Shown: positions 25,552 through 41,225, counted from the first letter of the stretch. The stretch: 64,000 nt of DNA from Chrysomallon squamiferum (GCA_012295275.1 CM022670.1:22444001-22508000); one strand, 5' to 3'. The notes: a model not told the origin generated them from the letters alone. Program-made: numbers and translations.

Positions 25552-25791
25552 AGGCTTAGGATGCCCTATCCAGAATACTTGGGACCGGAAGTTTTCGGTT
25601 TTCGGAATTTTTCGAATTTTTGTAATAAAAGGAGATCCTGAGAATAGGATCTGTGTCCGAATAGAAATCCCATTTATATTTCATATGATACGTATACACA
25701 CAGTGTGCTAAACTATTCGAAAACTGTTACATATTACAATTTCGGCAGCATTTGAGAATTTCGGATAAGGCATCATCAAATCCTTAACCTG
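25551..25791 (+). mobile_element. Tigger/pogo-type MITE (Tigger4/MER46-like), copy 1
   Basis: TA|CAGGCTTAGGATGCCCTATCC ... GGATAAGGCATC...TTAACCTG|TA: TA target site, imperfect TIRs and internal CTTGGGACCGGAAG...TTCGG repeats. Homologous to 51390-51685 in inverted orientation. Confidence 0.75.
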
Positions 25792-26886
25792 TATTTTGTT
25801 TTTAATTTTAGTTTTTAAAATGAAAATGAAATATTAATTATTTTGGAATATTCACTTTTAAAAATAAATTTGTTGTTGTTGTTATTATTTATTTATTTAT
25901 TTATTTAATTTTAATGATTAATAAATTAAAATATACTGTTCGTTGACTGTTGGGTTGTGTGAGTGTGTGCATACCGAACTTCTGTTATTTTCTTTATTAT
26001 TTTTATTTCTTATTTCTAACTAATACTTTGTATTTTATAAAGAATGGATATTAACACATAGAAATGTAGAAAGAAGAACCAAAACTTTTGTTCTGCGTTT
26101 TGACTTCAGTTACTGAATGATGAAATACGAAGTGTTGTTTAAAAATCACTTACTGACGAATATGACTTAATTTGAACTGCGTTAATAATAATCATGTAGG
26201 ATTCGTTGTTTTGTTTTGACAGATCTTAGAGACCAAGATCTTGTTTTAATTTTAAAACACAACTAGTGTTCACGATTTCATGACAATGTCATCATCAAAA
26301 TTATCATCTTTAAAATCTTCAGTATTTATTTTATTGATTTAATGTTTATTAAATGATTTTTACGTTTTTTTTTTTTTTTATTTATTTTTTTTTTTAAAGT
26401 ATACACATTCATGATATAAAAAACAAACTCACACAAACACACTTATACATACATACATACATACAGGAATTCCTTTAGGATATAAATGTCTAATTATGGT
26501 CGTGTTTACTATCATAACCAGCTGTGTGCTGCCTAATATAATAATATTTATTAGTCCTAAACCTTCTGACTCACAGACATTCTTCTTAAAACAGTTGTTC
26601 GTGATTTTTGTCAAAAATATTTTATTGTTGCCCCGACTTGTTACAAAGGTTAATAAAATGTAAAGTTTGATAAGAGATGCTAAGAATAGAATCAAAGTTT
26701 CACACAGTCATCTAATTACAAGTTTTTTTTACATTTTGCTGTTCAGAAAAGTCAGTCTTTGCTGTAACTGTTTTCATGGCTTGTTTTTCGTTTTTTGACA
26801 ACATTATAAACGTATTTATTTAATAAATTCACCAAATATTTATTATCTTTGTTATCAGTAATTTAATTACTTTTGTTTATAATGTC

Positions 26887-26934
<48 letters not shown>

Positions 26935-26986
26935 CATCATCATTATTATTATTATTATTATCATCATCATCATCATCATTATTATT

Positions 26987-27022
<36 letters not shown>

Positions 27023-27615
27023 ATTATTATTTTTATTGTACTAAAATGAAATATCTGTCATCATTATTAACGATTTATTAAACTTTTTTATGGTCTATAT
27101 AATTCTTAAAGTCATCAGATATCTGATTTATTGTTAATATCATTTTTATTTGTCCTAGCCCAATATTTTTCTTTAAATAGGTAAAATATTTAAACTCAGT
27201 ATTTTCAATAATTAAGTTATTTGTTAAATGACATATTTTATTTAAAATTTCATAATATTAACATTTAATAAATGTATCGAAATGCTGCTATTTAATAAAA
27301 CCTGCTTGCCATATTTGTTCACTCGTATCATTTGTATTTAAACATTTTTAAAGTCTACTATTTAATACATTGCCAGCCATATCGACATTAAATAAATCAT
27401 AATATTATTCATAATAATTTAATTATTTTTGTCCGTAACACCTGTTCGCATTTCAAACCGTTAATGTTAAAAGATACCATATGACATAAAAATGTCGAAA
27501 TAATTTGTAAATGTTAATTTTTTTTTTTTTTTTTTTTTTTTTAATTGATAATTCAGACGTGTCTTTGGAATCAGGCAACATTTATTTCTTACATCCTTCA
27601 CATACATCACAAAGT

Positions 27616-27650
27616 GGCCGTAAATCAGAGGGGCCGGTGCTGACAGATGG
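27616..27650. promoter_or_regulatory. Candidate enhancer core: Pbx-Hox site + Meis site + E-box
   Basis: GGCCGTAAATCA (= TGATTTACGGCC on the minus strand) at 27616-27627, TGACAG at 27641-27646 overlapping CAGATG at 27644-27649, in a GC-richer island amid AT-rich DNA. Confidence 0.45.
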
Positions 27651-27991
27651 AGTGCACGCTAAATACTGCAGATTAGCAGATAAGTGAGTTTTTCCAGATT
27701 ATTCACATCAGACAGATATGAATGTTACTCGTTGGCGGGTGTTTCGGGTAATTTTAAAAAATAATATTACTTCATAAACAGTTACGTTTCCTTCTGCCAA
27801 CGTAATGAACAGTTATGGACATTCATTGCTCATTTACAACATTCCTTGTTGATTAATAATATTTTATACAACTGAATAAAGTCAAAAGAATGTAGAAAAC
27901 GAAACGAAATGAAACTATGTGAATATATAACAAGGATATTCCACCCATTCCCGAAACAAAAGAAAGAAAAAAAAAGTATATTTGTCTTTCT

Positions 27992-28033
<42 letters not shown>

Positions 28034-28271
28034 AAAATACCGAAAATAAAATAATACTACTTAAAATGTTAATAATAGTTAGTTTATCGAAAGTTATGTG
28101 TTAAACAATATTTAAATAGCTGTTTGATTTCAGATTTAGACTGGTTTAAGATGAAGATATTTTACGTAGTTTACAATATAATCTTTACTGGGTGTTCTTT
28201 TTTAACTTTCATAATGATGTCTCTTTATTTTGATTTCATGGATTATTTTATAATATTATCCTTACGGAATT

Positions 28272-28323
<52 letters not shown>

Positions 28324-28612
28324 TTTGGTTAAATGGCTGAAATAATTTCTGAATTTTTATAACATTTTAAATCTCGTGTTGATAACACTCTATGTATTAA
28401 TGTCTGGCTATGTTAATATTATTACACTGTACAGCTGAGACCAGTTGCTCATTTTATTGTTAATCTATACATGTGAATAATATTTACATATGTATGTATG
28501 TGTTATATTTATCTTCTTTCTTTTTATAATAGTGTTTAGCGACAAAACGATTTTATATAACTTGTATATCTCTCGTATGTGTGTGTTTGTATGTGTATGT
28601 GTGTATATATAC

Positions 28613-28721
<109 letters not shown>

Positions 28722-29308
28722 GCTGTGTGTTTCTTTCGTAACTGCCATTCATTTCTTTCGTTAGTTTTGGAGTTTAAAATTTAATTACTCATAAATATAA
28801 AAGAAGAAACTTTCTCGTAACCAAATTAGACGTATTCCACAAACTTTTCGAGGACAGAATGTTACAGTGGTAGATTTTTATTATCCGCATATAGTTTGCT
28901 GATAATTTTTTAGTTTTTTGTTATTGCCATTAATAACTGCAGTTTATCAAAGAATTAAGAATCATGAGCATTTAAATCCAAATACCCAAGCAATTTAAAA
29001 CTTGCGTTTCTGTTGCGCATTTCTCTCTTTTAAACATTTGCTACCAGCTTATTCATGATTTGTTTTATACTTCATACGCTTAATCTTAATGTCATAAATC
29101 ATCAACAGAATAACGAAATTTTACTGTTGAATCGTGTAAATTTTCGTTAATATTTTAAAGACGAGTGGGAATGCAGCTGCTACTAAAAAAAAAAATTTTT
29201 AAAAACTTTAAAAAAATAAAAAAAATAAACAAACAAAGCAAGAAAAAAAGAAGAAAGTTTAGTACTTTAAAACAGTTATAATTTAAATACAATACAAAGA
29301 AGAGACGA

Positions 29309-29377
<69 letters not shown>

Positions 29378-29751
29378 AATAAATAAATAAATAAACAAAT
29401 AAATAAATAAAGTAATAAAGAAAGAAAGAAAGAAAAGAAACAAAACAAAAATCAGGTAGATTAATAATAATTGTTTGCCTTTTGAAGTATTTCTGTCAGT
29501 TTGTTAACCTGCATTTGTTTTTGTTTTTTTAATATTTGAAAGTAAAATTTGTTTGTAGTTTTATTTTGTTTGTTGAATGTTAATGTAACTTTTCGTGAGT
29601 TGTTTTAAACACAAAATTATATGGTTTATTGCAATGTTATTATTATCATCATCAGTATTATCATCTTTATTATTGTTGAAGTTATTGTTGTTATTATTAA
29701 TATTATTATTATTTTTATTATTATTAATATTATTATTATTATTTTTATTAT

Positions 29752-29782
<31 letters not shown>

Positions 29783-30293
29783 TATGTTACTGTTAAAATT
29801 ATGGTTGTTATTATTATTGCTGTTATTACTATTATTATTATTATTATTATATGTTAACATTGCTGTTGTTGTTATTAAAATACAATGAATCGAATTTAGT
29901 CTTGTAATAAAATAATATGATTTAAATGTGAAAACATTAATACGTAAAAATTCAAATTGTTTACATACCTAACTCGGTGAACAGCGGAACAGAGTTAATT
30001 TTAACTCCAGACTCAACAAATAAATTTGTTTTATAATTGTCATTAAGTTAAAACATTCTTTGATCTCTTTTTTTTTTAATTAAATTTTTATGAAACTATA
30101 AATGTCGTGTCTTAATTTAATTTGTTGCTGTGTATTTTTAACATCCAGCAACTTACGTGCCTTGAAAATTATTTTTGTCGCATAACTTCATGGTTTTGCA
30201 TTAAATATGAAACTGATATAAATCATCGCCTTTTATTGACAGATACACATTCATACATACACGCAAATGCAGACATATATACCACACCTACAC

Positions 30294-30371
<78 letters not shown>

Positions 30372-30881
30372 ATCATTACAGTTATTATATAATTTCTTAA
30401 TTATTCCTAATAATCTTGTTAAAAAGTTATAAAGTTGTTTTTCCAAATTTATATTTATTTTCTATATTTAATATGTTGGAATTAATTATATATTACGAAA
30501 CAAATTTCTGGCAGACCTTTTTGGATAGAATGGAACGTATTTTCGCGTTTAAAATAAATTTAAAATTTCTCAACATTATTTGGAAAAAAAAAAGTTAGTT
30601 GTCATGAAAAGAAAACTGCAGATAAAGAAATTAAATGTTTTACTTCGACCGTCTTTTGAACAATGAAAAATACAAACATCGTGAAATATAGTGAAACATG
30701 CGTAAAACGTTTTGTTTGTTTGTTTTACACTGAACATTACAAGCATTAAACACCACCTGGAACAATTCTTCAGTAGCATGTGACACGTGATATATGTACT
30801 AAAACTACACTTGTGAAGTGTTAATGTAAGCAATTCTTTAATTTACTATTTACTTACAAAATTAACTTATCTTAAATGTAA

Positions 30882-30938
<57 letters not shown>

Positions 30939-31736
30939 AATAAATAAACAAATAATAAAAAAAAATTAATTAATTAAAAAATAAATTAACAAATATTTTT
31001 GTAAAGCAAGAAAAAAAGAAAAGAAAAGAAAAGTCTTCATATATCAACAATTGATTTGTATAGGCTAAAAATGTGAATAATTTTATTTTTATGTCTTCCA
31101 TTAAATAATAATGATACAAAGATGTATGTTTTACACCAAGTAATTTTTTAATATTAAAATACATTGAGGTTTACAGACTTATTATCCATTAAAACTTAGG
31201 ATTGCCTGTAAAAAAAAAAATTAAAACATTTGGGATTGTACAAATTGTTCGTTATAATTAAAACTTAGGATATAGCTAAAAAAAAAATAAAAAAAATTAT
31301 TCTTTGTTAATATCGCTAGACATTATTTGAAATGAAGTTAACCAAAACTATTTACTTGTTAAAAAATACAGTACATTTTTAACGAACAAATTTGACATAT
31401 TTTAACAGATAATGCTTCGTAAAATAACGTGAGATATTTTTTTACGAAATTTTCTACAATAAAAAACACATCTTAATTTCTCTACAGTCATATCACAACT
31501 GTTGTTTCAAACACCAACTAAACAAACAGTCAAATCAGAAATAGGTTCTCCACGGAAATAGCACCTTCGGTCTTCATACTTTCAAAATATGCAAGACGTA
31601 CAAAAATAATTTATGCATACTTATGATATAAATATATAATAAACTGCAGTCTGATATTTCAGTGCACTAATTCGATGTATCTGACAGACAAAAAGTATTT
31701 GATGCAAGTTTTCTCACAATTCAACGCAAAGTTTTG

Positions 31737-31847
31737 TCAACATTTGATGGCGCCTTGCATTTCCGGTTTGGACGGAAGCTTGATGACGTCTTTTTGACTG
31801 TCTTCCGAATTCGCCATAACGCGTCCGTTAAAAGTGAAAGGCCAAGT
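31737..31847 (-). CDS. TCF21: TCF21/musculin (MyoRa) exon 2 (not in ORF track)
   Basis: Minus-strand acceptor tttattttcAG, then TWPFTFNGRVMANSEDSQKDVIKLPSKPEMQGAIKC*, completing the family motif GYIHPxNLTWPF. Phase 0 matches exon 1. Intron 31848-38091; total 137 aa. Confidence 0.9.
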   Translation of the reverse strand, partial: TWPFTFNGRVMANSEDSQKDVIKLPSKPEMQGAIKC

Positions 31848-32076
31848 CTGAAAATAAATAAATAAATAAAATAAAATATAATAAAATAAATAATATCTCC
31901 GGAATAAGAATGACTACAACAACTAGGATAAATACATAAATAAGTAGATAAATAATTAAACAACGAAAATCACCTTCACCATCACCTCAGCAGCAACAGC
32001 AACAACAACAATATGGTAATAATAATAATAATCATAATAATAATAACAATATCAACAAAAATAATAATATCAACAC

Positions 32077-32138
<62 letters not shown>

Positions 32139-32658
32139 TAATAAAATATTTATTAATCATATATATTAAAAATAATCACGATCGGGTTAGAATAAATAAC
32201 TGAAATAAATTACATTTGCATTAAAATTTGTTAAAAACAACAACATCAAAAAAAAAAACTCCCCAAAACTTAGGAGTGTAAACAGAATGAAAATAACCAA
32301 ATGTTCAGCACAAGACATTTATTTGGATATGAGCTATCACGATAAGTTTGATTTATTATTTCTTGTTAACATTTGAAAAACATCCCAGCTAACTAACAAA
32401 ATAAAATAAAAAAACAAAATTAAATTAAAAAAAATAATATATATAAAAATATATAACAGAAGTAAATAGTAATAATAAGAAGAATAATAAGGAGAAGAAG
32501 AAGAATAAAAATTAATAAAAAATAAAAATTAAATAATATGAAATTTATAATATTAAAATGTTGAAAAATGTTAAATGTAAGAAACCTGGATATGATTAAA
32601 TTAGTTTTGATCATGAACCAGTAAAAACAGATAATATATAATGTTCAAGTAATATCCA

Positions 32659-32693
<35 letters not shown>

Positions 32694-33249
32694 ATATATA
32701 TACACACTACAACAACAAAAGCTACTACTACTATTACTTCAGCTGCTCCTGCTATTACTGCTACTACTACTGCTATTATTTTCTTTATTAATTATTTTAT
32801 TTTATTCGGAAATAAATACTATAATTTAGTTTGTTATTTAATCATCACCATCATCATCATCATCATCATCAAGAATTAACCACTAATTCTAGAATGTCTG
32901 TCTGAAAGGTTACCGTGTCAAACACACTGTAGCAAAGCAACTGAAGTGGTGCTGCGTTCGCTAATCATTTATTTACTGTGTGTCACAGTAAATAATAGAG
33001 AAAGTAGGTTGAAAATGTAGTAGTCCCAGAGTGCATTTAATAGATCAGTTTGCGTTACTTAAGTCGTGTTTATTGTTTGAGTAAACAAGCGTCTAGAAGA
33101 CAAGAACGCAGTTTTGACAAAGCACAAATAAACATCTAGAATCTTAGCTATGATAAGATTGGTGCAGGTGTATATTTGAGTCACGTGGTCTATCAGCTTG
33201 TGTGATTTAACTCTTTTTTTTTTTTTAAAGTGTATAACGGTCTCCTTCA

Positions 33250-33361
<112 letters not shown>

Positions 33362-33755
33362 GAATGTGTGTGAGAGAAAGAGATCAGTAAACAAAATTAT
33401 GCATTTGCATATATCTGTTTCAGTGATTATGATTGGATATGTGTGTTGTATATATGGAACTATCTATCCGCATGTATGTATGTATAAACTAATATAAAAT
33501 GATAAAATGTACATTTCGTTTTCTTTTTCTTTTCTCATTTCTAATTGTGGCCATTAAAAACACATATGGAACTATTTCAGTTTTAAAATAATGCAACTTA
33601 GACAAATGTCGTTTCCTAGTTTTGATTTTTGTTTTAAGTCAGACTTCAGACGATATTTGGGAAATCAAATAATACTTCAGTTCGTTTTAAAATGTTGATA
33701 ATAATAAAAAATTGAATAGTTTTTATTATGGATTCATGTATGTAACATCATGACA

Positions 33756-33860
<105 letters not shown>

Positions 33861-35422
33861 AATGCACAAAACGTAATATACAAAACTAAATTTATGGAAA
33901 ATTCCAAGAAATCACTGTCCCGTCTGAAACATGTTTTTCAAGTGAGAATTCATCGCAGATATCTGTTCATCTAAAATGACGAAAGGTAAATTACGTTTTA
34001 TTTATTTCGGAAGGAAGAAGGTGAACTCGAGAGAAAGAAAAACACAATAAGCGAGAATTAGACATTCACCTACGAATTCCACGAAGATTTCTTATCAGAA
34101 TTAAATCTCCTATTATCTCGCTGGCTGTTTTTCACGTGTAACTCGCGACCAAGGGACCTCGCTGGGCCGGGACCGGCTGTGATTTCGTGTTGTTTTTCTC
34201 ACCAGACGATTCTGTCTGAGAAAAGATCATTTGCCTGTTTAATCGGGGAGACATTGGCCCACAAAACGTCCCAGTTATTTCTTAATACTGGCAATTTGAA
34301 TTGCGATTCTTCCCCCCCACCCAATCCCACCCCCACCACCGACTGTGAGGTCTTCGAAGGAGTTTTCAAAGAAACGTGATTCCAAAAAAGCGGAGAAGTT
34401 AGAAATAACCATATGAACATAATACCAACACGTGTAGCATCTTTTTTCGGCTCGTTATCACCTCGCGATGTACCCATAACTTCAACAACTGTAAAATTAG
34501 TCTGAAATGTCTGAATTCTTCACACCGCGGCTCCGCCCCAAGCTGCTGACCCCGGGGTTTAATTATAGGCAGAAAGAGTAATACAGTAGGTGACAGATAT
34601 TTACATTAAACTGAAGTTACCGATAACGTTCTACCACAGTTAGATGTGATTGTTTTATTTCCCCCCACCACCAACAACAACAACTGCAGATGCAACAATT
34701 ATTTCGCTTGCCGATAAACGTGTGAGAAAAAAAACAACACAATCCCAATTAACTTTCTGAAAAAAAATATATATATACATATATTTTTATCCAGGAAGTT
34801 ATAGCAGTGGTTGAAATCCCATTTTTTCTTTCTTCTCCTTTTCAAAAATCCTTAGATAAGCCGACGATATCGTGCATTTAAATTTTAATTTGTGGGGGGA
34901 AAAAAAAGGTTTCGTGGTTTATATATCTTATCCTTAGGTTTGGTCCGAAAGACCACGTGTCGCGAATTGATAGCACGTGTTTCTGCAAGATCAAAGATAA
35001 GAATAAACAAATTATAACTCGTTACACAATTTGCGAGGCAGACAAACCTTCCAGTACAAATCAGAAACGAAAAGTTTGATATGGCCAGCATGCAGTAAGA
35101 AGTCGCTTTGATGTGCGCAGACACGTAATTTTGGTTTCATTGTACGAACACGTAAAAAAAAAATAAACGCAGTAAAAGTACTAATATATGCGTCTTCATT
35201 AAACATATAAAAATTCAGTCGTATGTTTGTGCACACATATTAACGTACATAATTCGAGGGGTGAGATCTAGAAGGTCTTACATGCATATAAATATATAAG
35301 CACTCAACATTCTGGCTCTAGCCCCTTTATATTCACACACACATATATATATATACATCTACAGATATAAGCATTCATTTATACGTAATTATATAAATAG
35401 ATAGATAGACACACGTACGAAT

Positions 35423-35455
<33 letters not shown>

Positions 35456-35637
35456 GAGGCAGATAGACAGATAGATATAAGTAGATATAGACATGTAAAT
35501 AGTTAAAAAAGAGTTTTCAAGCAAATATAGTGCAACAATCTTTTTTTTTTTTTTTTTTTTTTTTTATATTATTTCAATTTTATTAATTTTCCTAAGTTTG
35601 AATCATACAAAAAACAATTACAGTGAAAGCATATATA

Positions 35638-35686
<49 letters not shown>

Positions 35687-35710
35687 TTATTATTATTATT
35701 ATTATTATTA

Positions 35711-35777
<67 letters not shown>

Positions 35778-36301
35778 TTCAGTCACTAGATCATTTATCT
35801 GGCTTTACATTAATTTGTGTCTGTCAAATAAAATTTCATTTTTATTTTTCACTGATTATTTTATTAAATACACACTGGTCCAGAAAAACGAATTTCCGGT
35901 CCCAAGCTTGCTGAATAAAATATCTAGTATTTTTATTATTTATTTATTTATTCGCAATTCTTAGATTAAATTGCTCTAGTGTTTGTTTTGTTTTGTCTTT
36001 CGTTGTTGTTATAAGCACATATATTTATTATTTGTTTATCTGTTTATTTGTTTAATAACTTTTTTTTCGTCTTTTTTTCTTTTTACATTTTTGGAATACT
36101 TAATTATATAACCATTAACATACAATTGTTTTGTAGCGGAACACAAAATAAATAATGATTCTTAAATTAATTTAAATAAACGATTTTATAACACAGAAAT
36201 TAAAAAAAAAAACAAACAAATAAATAAATTAGATATGGTATTATCTAGTATTATGAACACACACACATTATAATTACTGCTATAATTATTATAATTATAA
36301 A

Positions 36302-36351
<50 letters not shown>

Positions 36352-36631
36352 ATAAATCTACCTCTTTAAAAAATGTTAGTTCATGAAATACGAAAACTTT
36401 CTTTCACATATTAATGTTCTGTTAAATTAAGACAGTGATAACTAACTGACTGTCGAAATAATCAGTAATTATTTTCTATATAAGTCTTCAAAAGGTTTTC
36501 CTTTATATCACACCTAATTTACCTTTTCAGTTTTAATTAATTTATTATACAAAATTTTAAAATACAATAGTGTCTTACTCCAAAAATGCTTATATTTGTA
36601 CTGGAAGGTTTGTATATATATATATATATAG

Positions 36632-36674
<43 letters not shown>

Positions 36675-38091
36675 CATAATTAGATAAATATAAATATAAT
36701 TAATTAATTACCCTACATAATTTTTATAGATGTACGTATATATTTATGCATACAAATACATATATGTTTATATAGACATACATATACAAATAAGTACATG
36801 TATGCACACTCACATACGTCCTCTGTCTCACACACACACATATATATATATTATATATATACTTATATATAAACGCATACGCATACATACTAATAAACAC
36901 ATGCTTACAAAGGATATAAATATAAAACATTAATAATAGTTCTATTAAAATGAGGCAGAGAGATAATGAACAGAAGTAGAAATATAGATAAAAATGTTAA
37001 AAGGGAGTCAAAATAAGCCATTTCACCGAATTCATATTTTTGTTTCGTCCATTTGTCTTCTCTTTCTTGTTCTTTTTTGTTTTTCTTTAAATTATATCTC
37101 GTTAAATTAAGGGAAAAAGATTGAGAAAAAACCTCGTTGTTGAATATTTGTAAAAAAAATTATTTTTCTATTTTAATTTCGTTTTTAATTGGAGAATTTG
37201 TAACGGCATTAATAGGAAAAAAATGTATGTTTGTATTTACGTACTGTAAACGTAATATTTTAGTTTATCCAGTTTACAAAGTTAATTTTTTCATTAAGTG
37301 TCACACCAAAAATAACAACATCATTTACTGATATTTAAATTCCTGTTTCATTTAATATCCATGAACGTATTTTATCTCATAAAAATAAAAATTACAAGTT
37401 AATGGATGGAGAATACGATTCATGTGTTGCATATTTTATTACGCGAAATAAACAACCATATTAGAAAGACACTACATATTAATTTGTCGTGTAACAAACA
37501 AGAAAACTGTTAAACTGAAAACAGGCAGTAATCATTTAAAATTCTTAATATACATTTCCTGAGCTTTAAAGATGTATAAATATAAAACAAAAATTTACAA
37601 TTATTTAATATTTTATTATGATATACAATTCTCCCCATTTTCTTATATTTTTTTTCAGAACACAGTACAATAAGCATGCAGGATTTTTAAGATTATAACT
37701 GTTTATTAGATACAGAAAATTCTCTCTCGTTTTATTATTATTATTATTAAAATATGATGATGATAATTAATATTATTATTATTACTGTTATCATCATCAT
37801 TATCATCGTTATTGTTATTATTATTAAGTTTCTTATATAAAACAGCAATAATAATAAGATAAAAAAACAAAACTGATGTACATTTATTATGAGTTATTAC
37901 TCTTCACACTAATGTACAGATTGATAATGTATGTAATTTATAAGGCATATTTTATGTAATTATACATAAAGTAATTATGCACATACACAATCACACACAC
38001 ACTTATATACATACATATTCACATTCACACACACGCATACATACATACATACATACATATATACATACACAGGTATTAGAGAAAAACTCAC

Positions 38092-38394
38092 CAGGTTCAG
38101 AGGATGGATGTATCCGTGTGCTGTCTCCAGCTCATCGACGTCGAGTATCTGTTTGAGGTGAGCTATGTAACTGGACGCCAGTCTCAGCGTGTCCAGCTTT
38201 GACAGCTTCGTGTCAGGCGGCACCCATGGTAGAGTGGTCTTCAGCTTACAGAACGCCTTGCTCAGAACTCTCATCCTCGCCCTCTCTCTGGCGTTGGCAG
38301 CGTTCCTCTGGACAGGTTTGTGACTGAATTTCGTCGTCTTGCCTCCTTCGTCACTCTCGTCGTCGTAGATGTCGTCTTTTCGCCTCCGTGGCAT
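38092..38394 (-). CDS. TCF21: bHLH transcription factor TCF21/musculin (MyoRa family), exon 1
   Basis: [56 protein letters not shown] is near-identical to the TCF21/MSC bHLH. The exon ends GYIHPLNL at donor CTG|GTGAGT (38091): 101 codons. Confidence 0.96.
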
Positions 38395-38959
38395 TTTGTA
38401 AATCTACATTCACAAAGAGAACGTGGTGACGGTAATGCCGACACTGTTTTGCTTTTTTATTTTTTCTCTCTCCTGAAGTGGGAGAATGTTTCAGCAGTTG
38501 CTACATCAAAAGAGAGCACAGACTGAAAAGACAGTCCTCTTTAACTTTGTCTTTAACTTTGTGTCTTCCAAGAATTCGTAAATTATCAAATAATTTCTTT
38601 TTGCGTTTACTTTAGTAATTCTTGAAAAAGTCAAACTATTATTTTCCAAACACTTTTTTATCACCTTCGAGTAATTCTTAATATTCGAAGTCCAATAATT
38701 CTTAAAACTTCAAAGTCCAGAAGTTTTTAAACGTTAAAAATATTCTTATTACCGAGCTTCAGTATATCTTTCTGATCAGCGTTTTTATAAAGTTTTTTTT
38801 TTTTTTTTTTTTTTTAAAGTTTTTATACAATGCAGCAGAGTAAAATTAATACAAGAGACTGCGAAATTGTCAAAGAATTCTTTTAATTCCCGACTCAGCT
38901 GAGAGAAGAAACTGGGCTGACAGGTCTGAGATCGACAAATTATTCCATTCTCAAACATA

Positions 38960-39185
38960 AACGTCTAACTATGGCCCATTTACACCATTTTAATAGGCGC
39001 GCGGTCACGTGTGCTCGCTGGCATGACGTATGGGACGTTGAGATTTCCAGTCGTTTTGTTTATAAACGAAATATTTTCTATCACCCGATACGATTGGCTG
39101 CGTAAAATTACACTGGTACTGACCGCGAAGCAAGACCGAATAATAATAATAATGCGCGGTGCAGTCTGAAGATGAATTATCGTGC

Positions 39186-39221
<36 letters not shown>

Positions 39222-39520
39222 CGTCTTACAACTCGATACTTACTCATATAACCGGGAGAACGCAAATGGCAAGTGACTTTTCGTGTTGTTGTTTTTTCCC
39301 ATCGACTTCTATAACATGCTGAAAGGAATTTCTCATTCGAATTAAATTATTTTAACACAGTTTCCTCGGCGCGATAAGGGAGAGTTATTTTTCTAGCAAT
39401 TTGCTGGTGGTGAGGTAGACTACACAAGCGCAGAACGTGCTGCTATCTCCGCGAAGATCGGAACACAAGACCTCCACGCAGACCACGTCACCGGCTGACT
39501 CTATCGTGCAGAGATGGGAA
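38960..39520 (-). promoter_or_regulatory. Probable CpG-rich promoter of TCF21/MyoRa gene
   Basis: Minus-strand TATTAAAA at 38988-38995, CACGTG at 39006, TGACGT at 39024 and a minus-strand CCAAT box (AGCCAATC) at 39092-39099, with high CpG density. Confidence 0.55.
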
Positions 39521-40019
39521 GATAAAACCTGCTGTTTTGACTTGAGAATCCGTGTTAGATAATGTCTTCCAATTAGCTCTACTTGTCTACGAGATTAACA
39601 CAGCATTAGAAGCCTTCTTCTTCTTCTTCTTTTTTTTTTTGTTTTTTTTTTTTTTTTTTTTTTTTTGTCTTGAAGTTACCAGAGAGAATCAACAATAATA
39701 ATAATAATAAAATAGGTGTCAGAAATGTCTGTCTTTGAACTTCAGTGTTTTTGTTGTTGTTGTTCATTTAATAACTGAAAATAAAATGGGGGTCTGTGTG
39801 TGTGTGTGTGAGTTATTTATCGTCATTAAATGTCACTGGTATCATTTGCAAAGATTCTGTGATTTTATTTAAAATATAATAGTGAAGATAATAGTCATAA
39901 TTTCTTTATCTCTGAAAATAATAATAATTAAGTTTTACATATCACAAACAAAAACACATAATGTGAAAATACAGAGTTTTCCTTTGTGTCTAGTTTTAAT
40001 GAAACAAACCAGGCATCTA

Positions 40020-40056
<37 letters not shown>

Positions 40057-41165
40057 TTTCGTGACGTATCAGAGATATCTCTTCCTTTTTTTTTTTTTTT
40101 TTTTTTTTTTTTCTTTTATAAATTAGCATCCGTACAAATTCGTATGTTAAACATTACAGTGTTAGTGATATGAGGAATGTTTTACATAATTTTCAGATAC
40201 AGTCTCACATGTTGACAGATACGAATTTGATAAAGCTGAATGTGCATGTGTGTGTGGATGCGAGCGTCACTGTTAACACACACACGTGTACGTGACGCGT
40301 ATGCGCGCGTACCTATATAAATTAGTTGAACACGTGCTATATATTTTTAAATAGATATATACATAGATTACTGAATAAACAAATAAATAAATACTGAAAA
40401 TGATTTCTGAAGTAATTGCCGTTGTTTTCAGAGAATTACGTTTTTATTTACCATCTTACTGGTGCTGAAACACATCAGTTTCTTCTTGTATAACATGGTT
40501 GAATTATTTTTGTTTATTTATTTATGTATTTATTTATTTATTTTTGATTATGGTTCTGTTTTTTTCTTTGGGGTAATTTTTTTTATTTTTTTTATTTTGG
40601 GAGGGGTCTTTGTTAGGGTTTCTTTTTTTACTTGATTTATTTCTTTATTTATCTATTATTATTTATATAAATTTTCTATAAAACATATTAATATCGATGA
40701 TATTCAAAATCTTAAGACTTGAAGAATGAGTAACACAAGCATGCCTTACACAGAGTGACTTCAATTTAACTGTGTGTGATCAACGTCCAAGGTATATTTC
40801 ATGTAAGCAGAATTCACAATTTTCATTTAGCTCATTTTGAGAAATATATTAATGTTTATATACGTGTGCATGTACTCATAGGTTATTTAGGTTATTTTTT
40901 TATATTCCACCTAACTAACAAGTTACTCCAGTGAAGTAACAAAAAGTGTAAATCAGTTTCTTTTTTCCGTTTTTGCTGCTGTTGTTGTTGCTGTTGCTGT
41001 TGCTGTTGTTACTCTTCTTGTGCTTCTTCGTATTCTTCCTCATGTTATTATTATTATTATCATTATCATCATTATTATATTATCATTATCATCATCATTA
41101 TCATCATCATCATCATCATTATTATTATTATATTATCATTATCATCATTATTATATTATCATTAC

Positions 41166-41225
<60 letters not shown>

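Noticed and set aside
37975-38091. ORF-track C-terminus [12 protein letters not shown]... of the TCF21 gene
   Set aside because: Intron read-through into a microsatellite; the true exon 2 (TWPF) is at 31847-31737.
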